DNA from: Eledone cirrhosa
Lineage: Eukaryota
NCBI GenBank assembly: GCA_964016885.1
Contig: OZ024744.1
Location: forward strand, 64,046,001 to 64,110,000
DNA length: 64,000 nt
Direction: 5' to 3'
Shown: one piece after another, positions 12,896 to 26,061 of the stretch
Position numbering within the stretch: position 1 is the stretch's first letter
Layout of the letters: each line of letters begins with the position of its first letter
The notes under the pieces: generated by a model
The model's database searches: none
Told to the model about the DNA's origin: nothing
Seen by the model: only the letters and a program-made list of their open reading frames with translations
Made by a program: the position numbers and the translations under genes

Positions 12896-13264
12896 CTATA
12901 GAACTTATATATACATGTTTAATTTTCTGTAAGAAAGTAGCAAAATATTTGCATAGTGTTCCTATAAAAGACATTTTCCACAAACTTTTTGAATGCTACT
13001 CGTACACTCCCCTTTCTCTGTAAAGTTATGTTGGTGCCACAACATCCAGTTCTAAATAAATGAGGTCGTGTAGGTGTCATGACAAAAAACACACAGACCA
13101 CGCTGTAATGTGGCCATGTAGGTAACACGGTAAAAACCTCCCAGTCCACACTGTAAAACCCGCCAGACAGACCTGTACGAGCAAGACAACCAATCTTGCC
13201 TCAAGTGGGACAATTCCCGTCTAAACCCATGCTAGCGTGGAAGATGGACGTTAAACGATGATGA

Positions 13265-14545
13265 TGATGAGGACCCACCTTTGGCACAGTTCAACATCCA
13301 TATTGAATAGTGACATTCATATAGGGACTTTAAGGCTGTCTCTTGATCTCATACTCATGCAGAACCTTTCACAACAGGTCCTGTGGAATGTGATCTGATG
13401 CTTTTTCAAGGTCCATGAAACAAACATACACCTCCTGGTAATACTCGCACAATTTCTCAAAGATCTGCCACAGTGTGAATATTTTGTCAGTTGTGATATG
13501 TCCGGGTTAAAAACCACAGTTTGTCAGCTAGCTTGGATTCAACAAATATCCCTATATCTCTTTGCCAGACACTTAACATAGATTTTTACCGGGGGGGGGG
13601 GGGGGGGGGGGGGCTTAACAAATAGATTCCTTTATAATTAGACTAATCTCTCTTATCACTCTTTTTGAAAACTGAGATTATCACTCCTTATTGCCATGGC
13701 TTTGGTGCCTTTTCGGAGATCTAGGCCACCTGGCACATACGAATCAGCCAGAGAATACCTTCTCTATTTAAGGCTTTAAACATCTCGAGCCTAATTTCAT
13801 CCTCCCCAGAGGTTTGCCACATTTGAGCCTTTAATTATTCTGGTGATCTCAGCCACCGAAAGGTTAGTCTTCACCCCTAGACACCCCTCATGTACACCTG
13901 AAGATGTTGTGACCGGGTTTAGGAGATCAGCAAAGTATTCTCACCACCTTTGAAGGGAGAACTCCTTTTCAGAGACAAGAGCCCCAGACGAGTTCCAGAT
14001 AGCAGGCATGTGGGTGGGATTCTTATTACAAAGTCGATGAATGGTCTGCTAGAATACTTTATTTATGGATCTACAGTCAGATTCTAGTTTAACTCCAAAG
14101 TCCTTCCATGTCTTAATCTTGGACAACTTTACTGTCTCTGCTGCGACTTTTTGCTGCACCTGCTTGTACTGCAAGTGCAAAAAGGAAGACTTATTTCCAA
14201 GCCAAACTTTGTGAGTCTCCTTCTTTGTTCAGATGGCATCTTTAACCTCCTCTTTTGAGATAGGGGGCCCTCCTGCTACCCAGTGCCACATAGAGCCACT
14301 GCCAGTCATAGCATTCAATAGCCGAAACAGAAATTGCTGAACTGTCTCCACTCTGTTTCAACATCTTCAGTTTGTTCAGGTGTACTCTGAATTTAATGCA
14401 ATATTATTCAGATACCAGGTCTTAACCTCCTCATCAGCCAGTGCTTCCCAATTTATCCTGTAGGTCAAGTTGGATCTGGGAGTCTTGCGGGTTTTCTTGA
14501 CTTTAGGTTGTTTCAAGTTATAGATAACTACATAATAATCAGCTG
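13265..14545 (-). mobile_element. Degenerate RTE-type LINE ORF fragment (linker to RT N-terminus)
   Basis: Minus-strand translation gives DEIRLEMFKALN...KAPKPWQ*GVIISVFKK...SNYKGI-like segments with stops. Confidence 0.7.
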
Positions 14546-15029
14546 ATGGTCCCATTCAAAAAATATGTTGTAGTTTTAGTCTTCATCTGGTGTTAAAAAT
14601 ACTGGCAATGGGCCAGCAACTGTCCTGAGTTGCAAGGGACGGACTCACAAAAGTTGCTTATCCCAAGACCATAAAGAGGGTGTTCAGAAGGCAGCAAACG
14701 TTCAGAAGTCAGTTACTTTTCAATGACTCTTTCAAATACAAACACAAAGTTTGCTTACTTCTAGAACAACAGAAATTCTCTAAGTTACACTGATGAAAAA
14801 TGATATGTTTGTTTGTATGTTTGCATGTGTGTGTGTAAGTATGTATGTATGAGTGTAAGTATGTATGTATGAGTGTAAGTATGTATGTATGTGTGTATGT
14901 ATGTATGTTGGATGGCCATTGACTCTTAAGAGTCAATGGCCATCCAAAATCACCGGGAGAGATGACCCCTTAGCCTTTGTCAAGGCAGAATTCTAGGAGA
15001 AGGAAAACTCTGATATAACACCTGCAACC

Positions 15030-15360
15030 CTGATGGTATCCAATGATGTTGACTTGTTCTTCTTTTTGGTAAATATCATCTTAGTTAAGAGAGTGGGAAT
15101 GGCTTTGTGCAGTGCCTTTGCTCACTATAAAAGCTTCACGGCACAGGCATTGCTTTATATCTGAAGATCTCTCTGCACTTGTCATCACATGGTACCATGG
15201 GCCCAGCACTAAGTGTCAATAATTGTCACAAGTGTAGTGTTTGTACCAGAGTTTTCAAGTCACTGGCTGGACTAAAAAGTCACACTCGTTCAGCACATCG
15301 GTAGGGGTTCTCCTACATGGATATAAAGTAGTGGCCGTACTCGAAAACGCGTTGGCAGCC
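15030..15360 (+). repeat. Duplicated segment (second copy 16265-16560) ending in a C2H2-finger LINE C-terminus
   Basis: Near-identical direct repeat; encodes CSVCTRVFKSLAGLKSHTRSAH. Confidence 0.8.
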
Positions 15361-15724
15361 ACCATTTATGTGTGCATGTATGTATGTGTGTAAGTATGTA
15401 TGTATGTATGTATGTGTGTAAGTATGTATGTATGTATGTATGTATGAGTGTAAGTATGTATGTTATCTCTTTCTCTTAATTTCGAGTATTTTTTTTTGAC
15501 CGGCCACCTTCCTGGTGGCAAGGTTGTAAAAGAAAAGAAATTGTCATCCGAAAAGAAATTGTCATCCGTATGTATGTAAGTATGTATGTATGTGTGTATG
15601 TTCTTCTGGTTTTATAATTTCACAAAGTTTTACCAATAGAGAGAGAGTCGGTGGATGTGTATGTTTTGAGTTGTATGTGTGCATGTGTATATGCTTTGTA
15701 TCTGTACATGTGTATATGCAGTTA

Positions 15725-16022
15725 TTAGATGTAAAATTTTTGGAATGTTTTACATATTTTTACTGTTCCATTAATGGATTGTACTTGTAATTTCCTAACT
15801 AGTTGTGTTCTTTCTGTTCCTGTGAAGCCTAGCTTCTCAAGATTTGTATTGAGGCAGTTACTAACATACCCCAGTGCCCCAATAATCACAGGCATAAATC
15901 TGAAGCTGTAATCAGGGTGGAGTATCTGCAGATTTCTCATCAGTTCTGCATAAATATTCTCCTTTTCGCTAATCTTTGATATTATATTGGCATCTGCTGG
16001 GCAGCTAATTTCCACTACTGGT
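15725..16022 (-). mobile_element. R4/Dong-like RLE retrotransposon C-terminus
   Basis: VVEISCPADANI...EKENIYAEL...PVIIGALG, the RLE-domain pattern. Confidence 0.75.
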
Positions 16023-16956
16023 AGATATGTATGCATGCATGTGTAGATATGGATGTTATTGTATGTGTGGATGTGGATGTTTTGAGTTGTATGTGTGCAT
16101 ATACATATGCTTTGAATGTGTACATGTGTATATGCAGTTATTATATGCAAAATTTTTGGAATGTATGTATGTGTGTAAGTATGTATGTATGTATGTATGT
16201 ATGTGTTATATCAGAGTTTTCCTTCTCCTAGAATTCTGCCTTGACAAAGGCTAAGGGGTCATCTCTGATGGTATCCAATGATGTTGACTTGTTCTTCTTT
16301 TTGGTAAATATCATCTTGGTTAAGAGAGTGGGACTGGCTTTGTGCAGTGCCTTTGCTCACTATAAAAGCTTCACGGCACAGGCATTGCTTTATATCTGGA
16401 GATCTCTCTGCACTTGTCGTCACATGTGTAGTGTTTGTACCAGAGTTTTCAAGTCACTGGCTGGACTAAAAAGTCACACTCGTTCAGCGCATCGGTAGGA
16501 GTTCTCCTACATGGATATAAAGTAGTGGCCGTACTCGAAAACGAGTTGGCAGCCACCTTGTGTGTATGTACAAAAGTAGATGAAGACCAACCACAGCCGG
16601 CTACTGCCAGTGAATGTTTTTATCATGGTTGCCAACTCTGTGCAAGACATTTTAGATCATTGGCTTGGCTAAAAAGCCACATTCGATCACAGCACCATAA
16701 ATTATTAATATATGAGTGTGTGTGTGTTTTAATTTTTTTAATTGTGCAATAGCCACACTTGATAACGAGGGGGCAGCCATCATGTGTGTGTGTATGTATG
16801 AGTGTATGTATGTGTGTAAGTACACACACACATACATGTATGCATGTGTGTGTATGTATGTATGTATATGTGTGTGTGCATGTGTGTATGTGTCTATGTG
16901 TATGTAAACATGCATATTACATACAATATAGTTATCAATTTATATCTTATTTTCAG

Positions 16957-17028
16957 GTACAAGATATGAAAGATGGAGGTGATAGTTTTCCTTTACTTCG
17001 AGAATCTGACAACAAAGTTATTGCTGTT
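16957..17028 (+). CDS. ENDOV: Endonuclease V exon (VQDMKDGGDSFPLLRESDNKVIAV)
   Basis: tttcag/gtaagt sites; GDSFPLL as in human ENDOV. Confidence 0.93.
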
Positions 17029-17589
17029 GTAAGTTGTTCATTTACATTGATATTTATTTATTTATTTGTTTCTGCTTTCTCTTAGTTGTTGATCCTGGAC
17101 GGCTAATTGTCAGAGTTGTTAAGACGTCGGATAGAATGCTTTATGGTATTCGTCACACCTCATTGATCCCGGCGGGGTCAACTTTGCATTTCATCCTTTT
17201 GAGGTCAATAAAAAAAAGTACCAGTCCAGTATTGGGGTTGATTCTTCCTCTATAGAAAAATCAGCCGTGTTCAAACCTGGAGAGGGTTGGGCTCTGCCAG
17301 GTTTAAAAAGTGCCCTAGACACGTAGTATGACAATACCTCTATGACTCCACAAGCTGTCATGGGATTTTTATCCTTTATCCTAGCAAATTGAACATTCAT
17401 TAATTGAATATGTCTATTATATTTAGTCTAAATGTGCTGGGGTGTGTTTATATATCATCAGCTTGGTTTAATATTCGTTTTCCCTGCTAGCAAAGGTTGG
17501 ACTATATGTATATATCTGTATTTTATGGATTCAGATATAAGGACCAGATTATCCATATAGACAAGTTACCATGGACTGTCAGTCTTAAA

Positions 17590-18035
17590 CTCCTCTGTTA
17601 TGGCCTGAAGAACTATAATGAACAGCAGTGGGCTGAGAACAGAACCCTGATGAACTCCTATCTGTACCTTGAATTCTTCACTAAACTCGCTACCTACTCT
17701 CACTTTACTGACAGCTCCTCTGCACTGTTCTCACAGGCCATTCTTCTACACCTAATTTTCTTAAGGATTGAGGTACTCTGTCAAAAGCCTTTTCTAGATC
17801 AACATAAGCTAAATATAGTGGCTTATTCTGGGCTAGGAACTTCTCTTGTACTTGTCTCACTAAGAAGATGGTATCTGTAGTACTTTTTCCAGGCATGAAA
17901 CTGAACTGCATCTCATCTAATTTGACTCTTTCACATATTAGCTGTGCTAGAGCTCTTTCTGTCACTTTCATAACTTGGTCCATTAGTTTTATTCCTCTGT
18001 AGTTGTTCCTTTCTAGAGCAGCACCTTTACCTTTC
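17590..18035 (-). mobile_element. RTE LINE RT fragment
   Basis: MQFSFMPGKSTTD...AYVDLEKAFDRVP. Confidence 0.88.
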
Positions 18036-19097
18036 TTCTACTAACTCAAATCATCCAAAGATTTGAAGGCCATTTCAAATCTAGGTTGACAAATAAATAA
18101 CTCTTATAAGTACTCATTAGATATCTTCCTGTTTTCCCTGTTTACTTGTCATCAATATCAAAATGAACAGGTATGAATGAATTTATGCTGAGGACTTAAA
18201 ACAGGTTAACCAAGTCTTCATGGACATAACCCAATTTACCAAAATTTATTTAACGTTATTCAAACAACAATGGCAACACATGTTGACTTACATATGTATA
18301 TACAATCTTACAATCATATATTACATTCATCTCACAACTGCTAAATTTGCATTATGTAGGGCATCATTGAACCTCACATATATTTAATAATTGGTTCTAG
18401 ACAACTGGCTGGGGTCGTGTGTGTGGATGGATGTCTGTGTATGTGTGTGTCATCATCATTTTTTTCATTTCATTTTTACGTCCGCTTTTCCCTGCTTGCA
18501 GGGGTGGGACGGATATGATTTTGGCTTGATTTCTACAGCTGGATGCCCTTCCTAACACCAACCTCATTTACAGTGAGTGCTGGGTGCTTTTTTGCCGTGG
18601 CACCTGCACGACCACTTTGCAGTGGAATGATATGGACCCCAGTCTATCATCTCATTTCTACAGCTGAGTAAACTGGAGCAATGTGAAATAAAGTGTCTTG
18701 CTCAAGGAAACAACACATCACCCGGTGTGAGAATTGAACTCACAACCTTTCGATTGCAAGGCCAATGCTCTAACCACTAAGCCATGTGTGTGTATACATA
18801 TATATTGTCACAACAAAAAGCACCCAGTCCACACTGTAAAGTGGTCGTATAGATGTCATGACAAAAAACATCCAGCACACACTGTAAATGAGGTTGGCAT
18901 TAGGAGAGGCATCCAGCCATAGAAAACCAGAAACAGTCCTCTATGAGCAAGACACGGTCACTCGACCCAACTTGCCTCAAATGAGACAACCCATGCTAGT
19001 GTGGAAAATGGATGTTAAACGGTGATTATGATATGTGCTATTAAAGATATAATAAATGGTTTCATTCTAAAACTGATTTTATATTGCTTTATTTTAG

Positions 19098-19226
19098 GCT
19101 CTCAAAAGTACGAAAGACTCCAAGAAACCTATTTATATATCCCAGGGTCATAAAATATCTCTACCAACTGCAGTATGGCTTGTGAAGCAATGTTGTAAAT
19201 TTAGAGTACCAGAACCAATTCGTATG
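19098..19226 (+). CDS. ENDOV: Endonuclease V exon (ALKSTKDSKKPIYISQGHKISL...FRVPEPIRM)
   Basis: ttttag/gtaagt sites; PIYISxGH and RxPEPIR motifs. Confidence 0.96.
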
Positions 19227-19369
19227 GTAAGTGATGTAGCAGTACTTTTTACACAGTGTATAACACACTATGATCATAAGTTTGTGAGATCTAGGTTTAC
19301 CTAGGGTTAAACAACTCCAAAAACTAGAATTTAACTAGTGTTAAACTTAGCATTAGACCTTAGTTAATT

Positions 19370-19406
<37 letters not shown>

Positions 19407-19720
19407 CCACCACCACCACCACCACCGTCTTCTTCCCCCCCCCTCCCCCCCTCCTCCTCACCCCTTCTCCTCTCCACCCCCTCCTTACTTATTCCTGGGA
19501 GGGTTATATGTCTTCAATAAAAGTACAACACTTGAACATTTGAATGTCTCAGTCATGGAGTCAGTAACTTAGTGGAAGGCTCTTTCAAGTTGAAGTCCTA
19601 CTGTGATTTCACCTTACCCAATTTCTTTATTGTTTACTAGTGTTTCATCAATTTTGTAAAAATTAACTTCTGTGTTTATTGAAAATAACATTAATTTGTT
19701 TTTTTTTCTTTTCTTTGTAG

Positions 19721-19765
19721 GCTGACCAGTTTTCCAGGAAAGTTATAAGAGAATTACAGGCTTAA
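19721..19765 (+). CDS. ENDOV: Endonuclease V last coding exon (ADQFSRKVIRELQA*)
   Basis: Long polypyrimidine tract plus tgtag acceptor; AD..SR motif with the last catalytic Asp; TAA stop. Confidence 0.93.
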   Translation, partial: ADQFSRKVIRELQA

Positions 19766-20495
19766 TCAAAATACATCATCATCATCACCACCATTAAACG
19801 TCCACTTTTCCATGCTTGCATGGATTAGACAGGTTGGCCACGTTAAGAGTCAAGCCTGGCCAGCTGGCCATGCCATACCTTCCTCAAACAGAACTTTATT
19901 TTGGCTGCATTTTCTTTTTACAGCTGGATGCCCTTCCTGACACCAACCATGCTTACAGTGTGGAGCTGGGTGGTCCCAGTATAACGAAGGTCTGACCAGT
20001 TGGCCGTGCCATGCGTTGCTCATAGTGGTATCAATATTTTAAAAAAATAGAAAGAAAAGAAAAAGAAAATACATTTCCATTTCATATAAAAGCTATTGTG
20101 GAAGTCGTTTTAGCCATTTAAAAACTGCTATATTTGCTTTTTTCTTAACTTTCTTTTTTCCATTGTTTATTATGAAGTGTCAGACTTCTGATACATCTTC
20201 TTAGCCGGTTTCAACCTGGGCCGCAGCAACAAAATCCTTCCACCATATATCTTGGTCCAACATGTTTGTGACCTAGTCGCTATCACATTATTCTGCAGAA
20301 GTAAGATGAAACTGTTTCACACTTCATAATAGACAATGCTATTAAGAAATAAGAGAAAAGTGAATGAAACAATTTTTGGAATTCTTAAATGACTAAAATG
20401 GCTCTACTACTATGTAAACCACTCTGTAATTGTTTTAGTTTCAATGTACAAACTTATATCAAGTCATTTTCCATACATATACTACTACTACCACC

Positions 20496-20568
<73 letters not shown>

Positions 20569-21099
20569 CCCCCCCTCCTCCTCATCCTTCTTCTTCCTGG
20601 GAGGGTTGTAGAGGCAGAGTCCTCAAACACCCCTTCCAGCAGGTCCTGTCAGAAGCAACCATCTCCAACTGACCTGGCTGGATACACAAGTGAGACCAAC
20701 AAAAGCTCATGGATGTCATTTTACAAACGTATACAACTTCTAAATTTCTTATAAAAAAAATTACAACAAATGTTTTTATAGAGTGATTTAAAAGCTCTTT
20801 TTGTAAAATCCAATAACATATTTTAAAGAATTATTTTATATATCATTATAAGTGGCTGTGCTGCTAAATTACTGGGTCTCCTTACCAATATTATTATATC
20901 ATTTACTTTTTATGAGATTGGTGAGATTGAGGCCATTGACTATCATCATCATCATCATCATTTTTCAACCATACCCAAATAACTATTTCTGATGGCAGGC
21001 TAAACTTAGTGAGGGAATAGAAGTACTGTCCAGCTCCTCTAAGATGGACACAGTCAAATGTCTAGAGTGGCACCCAAACAAACTTTATATATATGATGT

Positions 21100-21860
21100 G
21101 CTTTGTGTCTCCATTGTCCTCTGAGTGGGAGCCCACGTCTGTATGGGTCTGAAATGTGAGTGTGGTAAGATCCTCGACTCCACAGGCCTCCACGGTCTAT
21201 CTTGCCACCTGAATGACGGTCGCATAACGCATCACACAGAGCTAAACCTCATCTTCACGAGAGTTTTGGCTTGGGCAAACACCCCCTCAATTTTGGAACC
21301 GTCTGCGTTGTCTTACGGCCTTACCCTGTGCCCCTAGTTAAGAGGCAGGTGTCTTATCTGGAACATCATGGTTAGTGACTCTTTTGCTTCTTCCCACATT
21401 CTGGATGAAGTAGCTAGGGTGAGAACCACAGCAACTGCAACTGAATAGAACAAAATCCTAAAATACCGTGATCTGTCGGCTAACTACATTTTCTAGCCTG
21501 TGGCGTACAAGACGTTGGGGGGGAGTCGGGCTACTGACTGCAAGATTCTTATCTTCACTGGTGGCTCATCTAACAGAGGTAACTGGTAAAGCTCGTGAGG
21601 GCGCTTGGTTGTTCCAACACCTCAGCCTTGCCATCACCCGAGGTTATGCTGTGAGCTTGCCTCAAAAAGGCTTGCCTCAAAAATCATTAGAGAGGTTTCC
21701 CAGTGTTCCTTGTTCTTTTGCTCTGGTAGCGGTTCATTTGTACATCCCTTTTGTCTGCCTTTTGTTGTATGTGGTCCCAGATGGGTGTATTACCTGCTTG
21801 TGTGTTTTTTTTTCGTTTTTTTTCCTTTCCCTTTTCTTTCTCTTTTTTAATTATTTGTAA
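21100..21860 (+). mobile_element. Second CRE-like RLE retrotransposon 3' fragment
   Basis: CECGKILDSTGLHGLSC...HTELN...WLFQHLSLAITRG; homologous to 12128-12895. Confidence 0.85.
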
Positions 21861-21947
21861 TCTTATTTATATACAAAATTATATTTTTATATTTTTTCCA
21901 TTAATAAATAATTTAAACCCAACGAAAAAAAAAATATATATATATAT

Positions 21948-24900
21948 AAATGAAATGATTACAAAGGAGAATACATACTGTTAGAACATGTTTATACAAA
22001 AGCACCTACGTACGTTTTGCCCGAACAGGGCTTCTCAAGGGCATACAAGTCTAGAGAGTGTTCATTACAGGACCCAGAAGGGTTTTTTTAGCGATAGTCA
22101 CATCAAACCCACTGCACAACACCTTGCTAGACTCTTTTGAGGAGGACCTGCTCAAGTTGATCAGAAACATTAAGTTTAGGAACAAACACTGATGCAGTAA
22201 TCCATTCTTAACATCCCTGGACGCGCTCATCACTAAGATCAAGAATGACCCACACCTCTTCGTTACCTCTGACAAAACCAAGAAGCTGTATAAGATGGAC
22301 GTGAGTAAGTACAAACAATTCATTTATAACGAATTACACAAAAATTATAAAAAAACACCCATTAATACCTTAAATGACATTAATAGAGTAGGGAAGGATA
22401 TAGTGAATAGCTTAGACATAGATAAGAACACTAACCCATATGTCCCTATGACACCTAGATTCTCTCTTAAGGATCACAAATGTAACTTTAATGAAATCCC
22501 CTCTATTAGATTAAAATGTCCCTCTACATCAGATATAGGTAAGATTAGTAAAGTAATCCTCAATAGAGTAATACTTGAACTCAATAGCAAAGCCAAGGTC
22601 TGTCTCTGGAGCAACACCGACCAAGTCATTAATTGGTTCACCGAGCTGTCTGATAAGACAACTCTAAAGTTCATCTAGTTTGACATAGACAGCTACTATG
22701 CCTCTATCTCCCCCATACTCTTAAACAAGGCCCTTATTTTAGCTAAATCTAACACTAGCCTCACTAAAAAAGAGATAGATATAATATTAGCAGCGCGCAG
22801 AACTATTATTCAGTTTGAGGGTTCCCATTGGACCAGAATCAACCGTCCTGATAACTTTGATATCATGATGGGGTCTAGCGACTCGGCGCAAGCGACCGAC
22901 CTGGTTGGAATATACCTCCTCCATAGACTTAGGGACGAGATCCTGGTCCTACAAGGTGTATATAGGGACGCCGCCCTATTTACCATTAGAAACCATAGCC
23001 CCCGCAGGATTGAGAACCTTAACAAGTGCATACACAGGTTCTTCAAGCCATACGGTCTATCCGTAACTATAGACCTCAACCACCAGATAGTCAACTTCCT
23101 GGACGTGACCCTGGAGTTGGGTACGGGCCTGTACAAGCCATACCATAAGCCCGGCGAGATTCTATCATATATTAATTATGCATCTAACCACCCTAAGTCT
23201 ACTCTCAACTCCATAGTATATAGCATATCCCATAGGATCTCGAGGCTGTTCGCCAACGAGGACATCTTCAACCAAGCGGCCGACTACTACAATAAAGCCT
23301 TGGTAGATGCTGGATATAACCAGAGAATCTCCTACCTCCTTAATGCTAACTCTAGAAACCACCCCCATCATAGGACTAATGTTATAGTAAGCCATACCTA
23401 TAACCGAATACGCAGCGCTCATGATAGAGTCAATAACTATAGTATAGAGAATCGCTCTAAGAAACACGCCCGTACCGTTAACTACATGGGTGGTGGTGTA
23501 GAAGACCTACCACATAATAAGGGTCATGATACGGGCAACGGTAGCTGCTGTAGCCTACTAGAACTATTCCTTACCTATAAGATTAACAATAGCGATGGCC
23601 TATTACCTATACTCTCCAACCGGCATTTAGCTACATGTAAACGTAACGGAAGGAAGGCGCATGCACCCGAGCATAAAGCGAAGGGGACGCGCGGGAGGCT
23701 TCAGCACAGTAGCAACAATAAGAATGCTTACCTAGCCAACACGACCCATAGTAAGCCCACAGCTATGCGTAACCGCCAACGTAATGTCCTATGGTTCCAT
23801 CCTCCCTACTCTTGGAGTGTGGCCTCTGACTTACCCAGGATATTCTTCGAAGCCTTAGAGAAGAATTTCCCACCCAACCACAAGTACAGAAAAATCCTAA
23901 ATAAGAACAATATGAAAATATCCTTCTCCACTACACCTAATCTAGCAGACATCATAGGGATAACTAATTACAGTAAGCTCAACAAAGCACGGCACCATAG
24001 CAGCGATAGGTCTAGACTTGACAGCAACCCTAATAGCCTTAACGTTTCCCTAGCAGCACTCGACAGTGTTGGCGGCAGCTCCAACAGACGCAACCGACAC
24101 AACCGCAGCGAGACTGGGCAGCATACTGGTGACCTGTACATGTCACGAGGCGGCCATAGAAGGCGGTGTGGCGTGCGGAGTGATAATGATACTACCCCGC
24201 ACGCCATAGGATATAATAGTACTAACTACAGAGATAGTGGCGGTGGCGTGGATAATAACATAAGTAGTGATAGTAATGGCCTTACTTCGGGCACTAGGAG
24301 CCATCGTAGCGGCAGAGACCGTGACCGACAATGCAACTGTCGAGATCAGGGAAGCTGTCCACTCGGGAAGTTGCCTGACAGATAATGTTATTTATAGGTG
24401 CACCATAACTAGCCATGATAGCGTCAAGCAGTATATAGAGGCCACCTCTGGCTCGTTCAAAACTAGATTTCGAACACATCTCCACTCTTTTAAAAACAAG
24501 AAGCTAAGATACTCCACGTCACTCGCCAACTACATCACAACATTAAAAGTCTCCAACATTAGCTTCTCCACATACTAGGAAATTGTGAGCAGGGCAACAC
24601 CGTACAACTTCAAGAGGAAGTGCGAGCTCTGCCTCATGGAACTTTACCATATCATAAGAGCACCCCTAGAGCCCATCAACAGCAGAACAGAATCTGTGAT
24701 AAACTGCAGACATAGAATAAAGCAGTCGTTCTATGGTTGGACCCCGGTTGAGAACTGAAGACCACAAACTGGGTCCCCCTGCACCAAACCATAACGCGCC
24801 AGTGGGTAGGCTGTACACCAACTATGCCTCTCAGATCCGGCCTGACTGGGCAATAGTAAAGTAGCACCCATAAAATAGTAATGGAAAACACATCATGCTA

Positions 24901-25160
24901 GCGGATAATAAGCCATTTGGGGACATTTATTCAAACACCGGCCAGAGTTACTCCCTTTGCTCTGTGACAATAACAACATGTCTGTTTGAACCAAGAATGA
25001 ACTTTGATGTGACTATCGCTAAAAACCCTTTCTGGGTCCTTCCTGTACACTCACTAGACTTGTATGCCCTTGAGAAGCCCTGTTCGGGCGAAACGTACGT
25101 AGGTGCTTTTGTATAAACATATTCTAACAGTATGTATTCTCCTTTGTAATCACTTCATTT
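21948..25160 (+). mobile_element. Penelope-like element (Naiad-type RT plus GIY-YIG), 5'-truncated, with an inverted copy of its 3' end
   Basis: RT motifs F(Q>*)FDIDSYYASI, MGSSDSAQ..DLVG, GVYRD, VNFLDVTLEL, WFHPPYS; CNC..CPLG linker; GIY-YIG-type VIYRC..QYIEAT..FKTRF..H..SF..STSLA and CELC; 21948-22107 is the reverse complement of 25003-25160. Disabled by TAG stops and a frameshift. Confidence 0.9.
25066..25106 (+). ncRNA. Minimal hammerhead ribozyme motif (U3-A8 variant) in the Penelope 3' end
   Basis: gccc-TTGAGAA-GCCC(tgttc)GGGC-GAAA-CGTACG-TA-ggtgc; palindromic stem III as in PLE minimal hammerheads. The inverted copy at 22002-22042 has GAAA>AAAA. Confidence 0.65.
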
Positions 25161-25267
25161 GTAACCGCTCTGCTTATATTCTCGCCCGCTAAATATTAAC
25201 GCTTCCGATATTTAACTATATGTATCGCTTATCCCTTCAAACCTCTACTCTCTCACGATATGAAAAT

Positions 25268-25302
<35 letters not shown>

Positions 25303-25304
<2 letters not shown>

Positions 25305-25354
25305 CTTTCCTGATGATCTCCTTCGAATGAAACAGTTCTAGTCCTGTAGAAACC
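25303..25354 (+). ncRNA. Hammerhead ribozyme-like motif
   Basis: ggctttc-CTGATGA-(weak stem II)-GAAA-CAG..CTG-TA-gaaacc. Confidence 0.55.
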
Positions 25355-25482
25355 ATTTCTCTATTAAACATATATCTACTATGTATTGAGTACCTTACTT
25401 ACTGTGGTTACACCCCATTGAACCCGGGATACACACACACACATATATATATGGAATGTAGAAAAGTAACACACGAGTTGAA

Positions 25483-26061
25483 ATATATATAAACAAATAG
25501 TAGAGATGAAAAAGATTTTTTCAGTAGAAAATGTTGAAGAGATTCTTTTAGTATAATATCAAAACATTTATTTATAAAGTGGATATTCCCGCATTTAATA
25601 ATACCGGTTTCAGCATTATATGCTTTTCAAATGCGGATATGCATAATGTGGTTATGTTGCATATTTATACGAATAATAAAAAGAAGAAGAAAAATTATTA
25701 GTTCTTACATACATATTTAGAGAGGAGAGTTTATATCTTTGTCCACCTTTATCCTTTGTTCTCTGTCAGCCAACTAATAGAGAATGAAGGACAAACACGG
25801 AAAAAGATATGAACTCTCATCTCTAAATATGTATGTAAAAACTAATAATTTTTCTTCCCCTTTTTATTATTCGTATAAATATGGAACATAACCACATTAT
25901 GCATATCTGTAGTTGAAAAAGCATATAATGCTGAAACCGGTATTATTAAATGCGGAAATATCCACTTTATAAATAAATGTTTTGATATTATATTGAAAGA
26001 ATCTCTTCAGCATTTTCTACTGAAAAAATCTTTTTCCTCTCTACTATTTGTTTATATATAT
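25483..26061. repeat. ~580-bp fold-back palindrome (~280-bp arms)
   Basis: Left arm is the reverse complement of the right arm around ~25765-25778; contains a hammerhead-like motif at 25909-25946. Confidence 0.9.

Noticed and set aside
16241-16700. Host C2H2 zinc-finger gene
   Set aside because: Single isolated fingers at LINE-like C-termini in duplicated repeat sequence, with no linker arrays or splice structure.
22295-24740. Selenocysteine recoding as reported for some Naiad elements
   Set aside because: The interrupting stops I checked are TAG (22676-22678 at a Gln position, 24576-24578 at a Trp position) plus a frameshift, not TGA at Cys positions; no clear SECIS seen.
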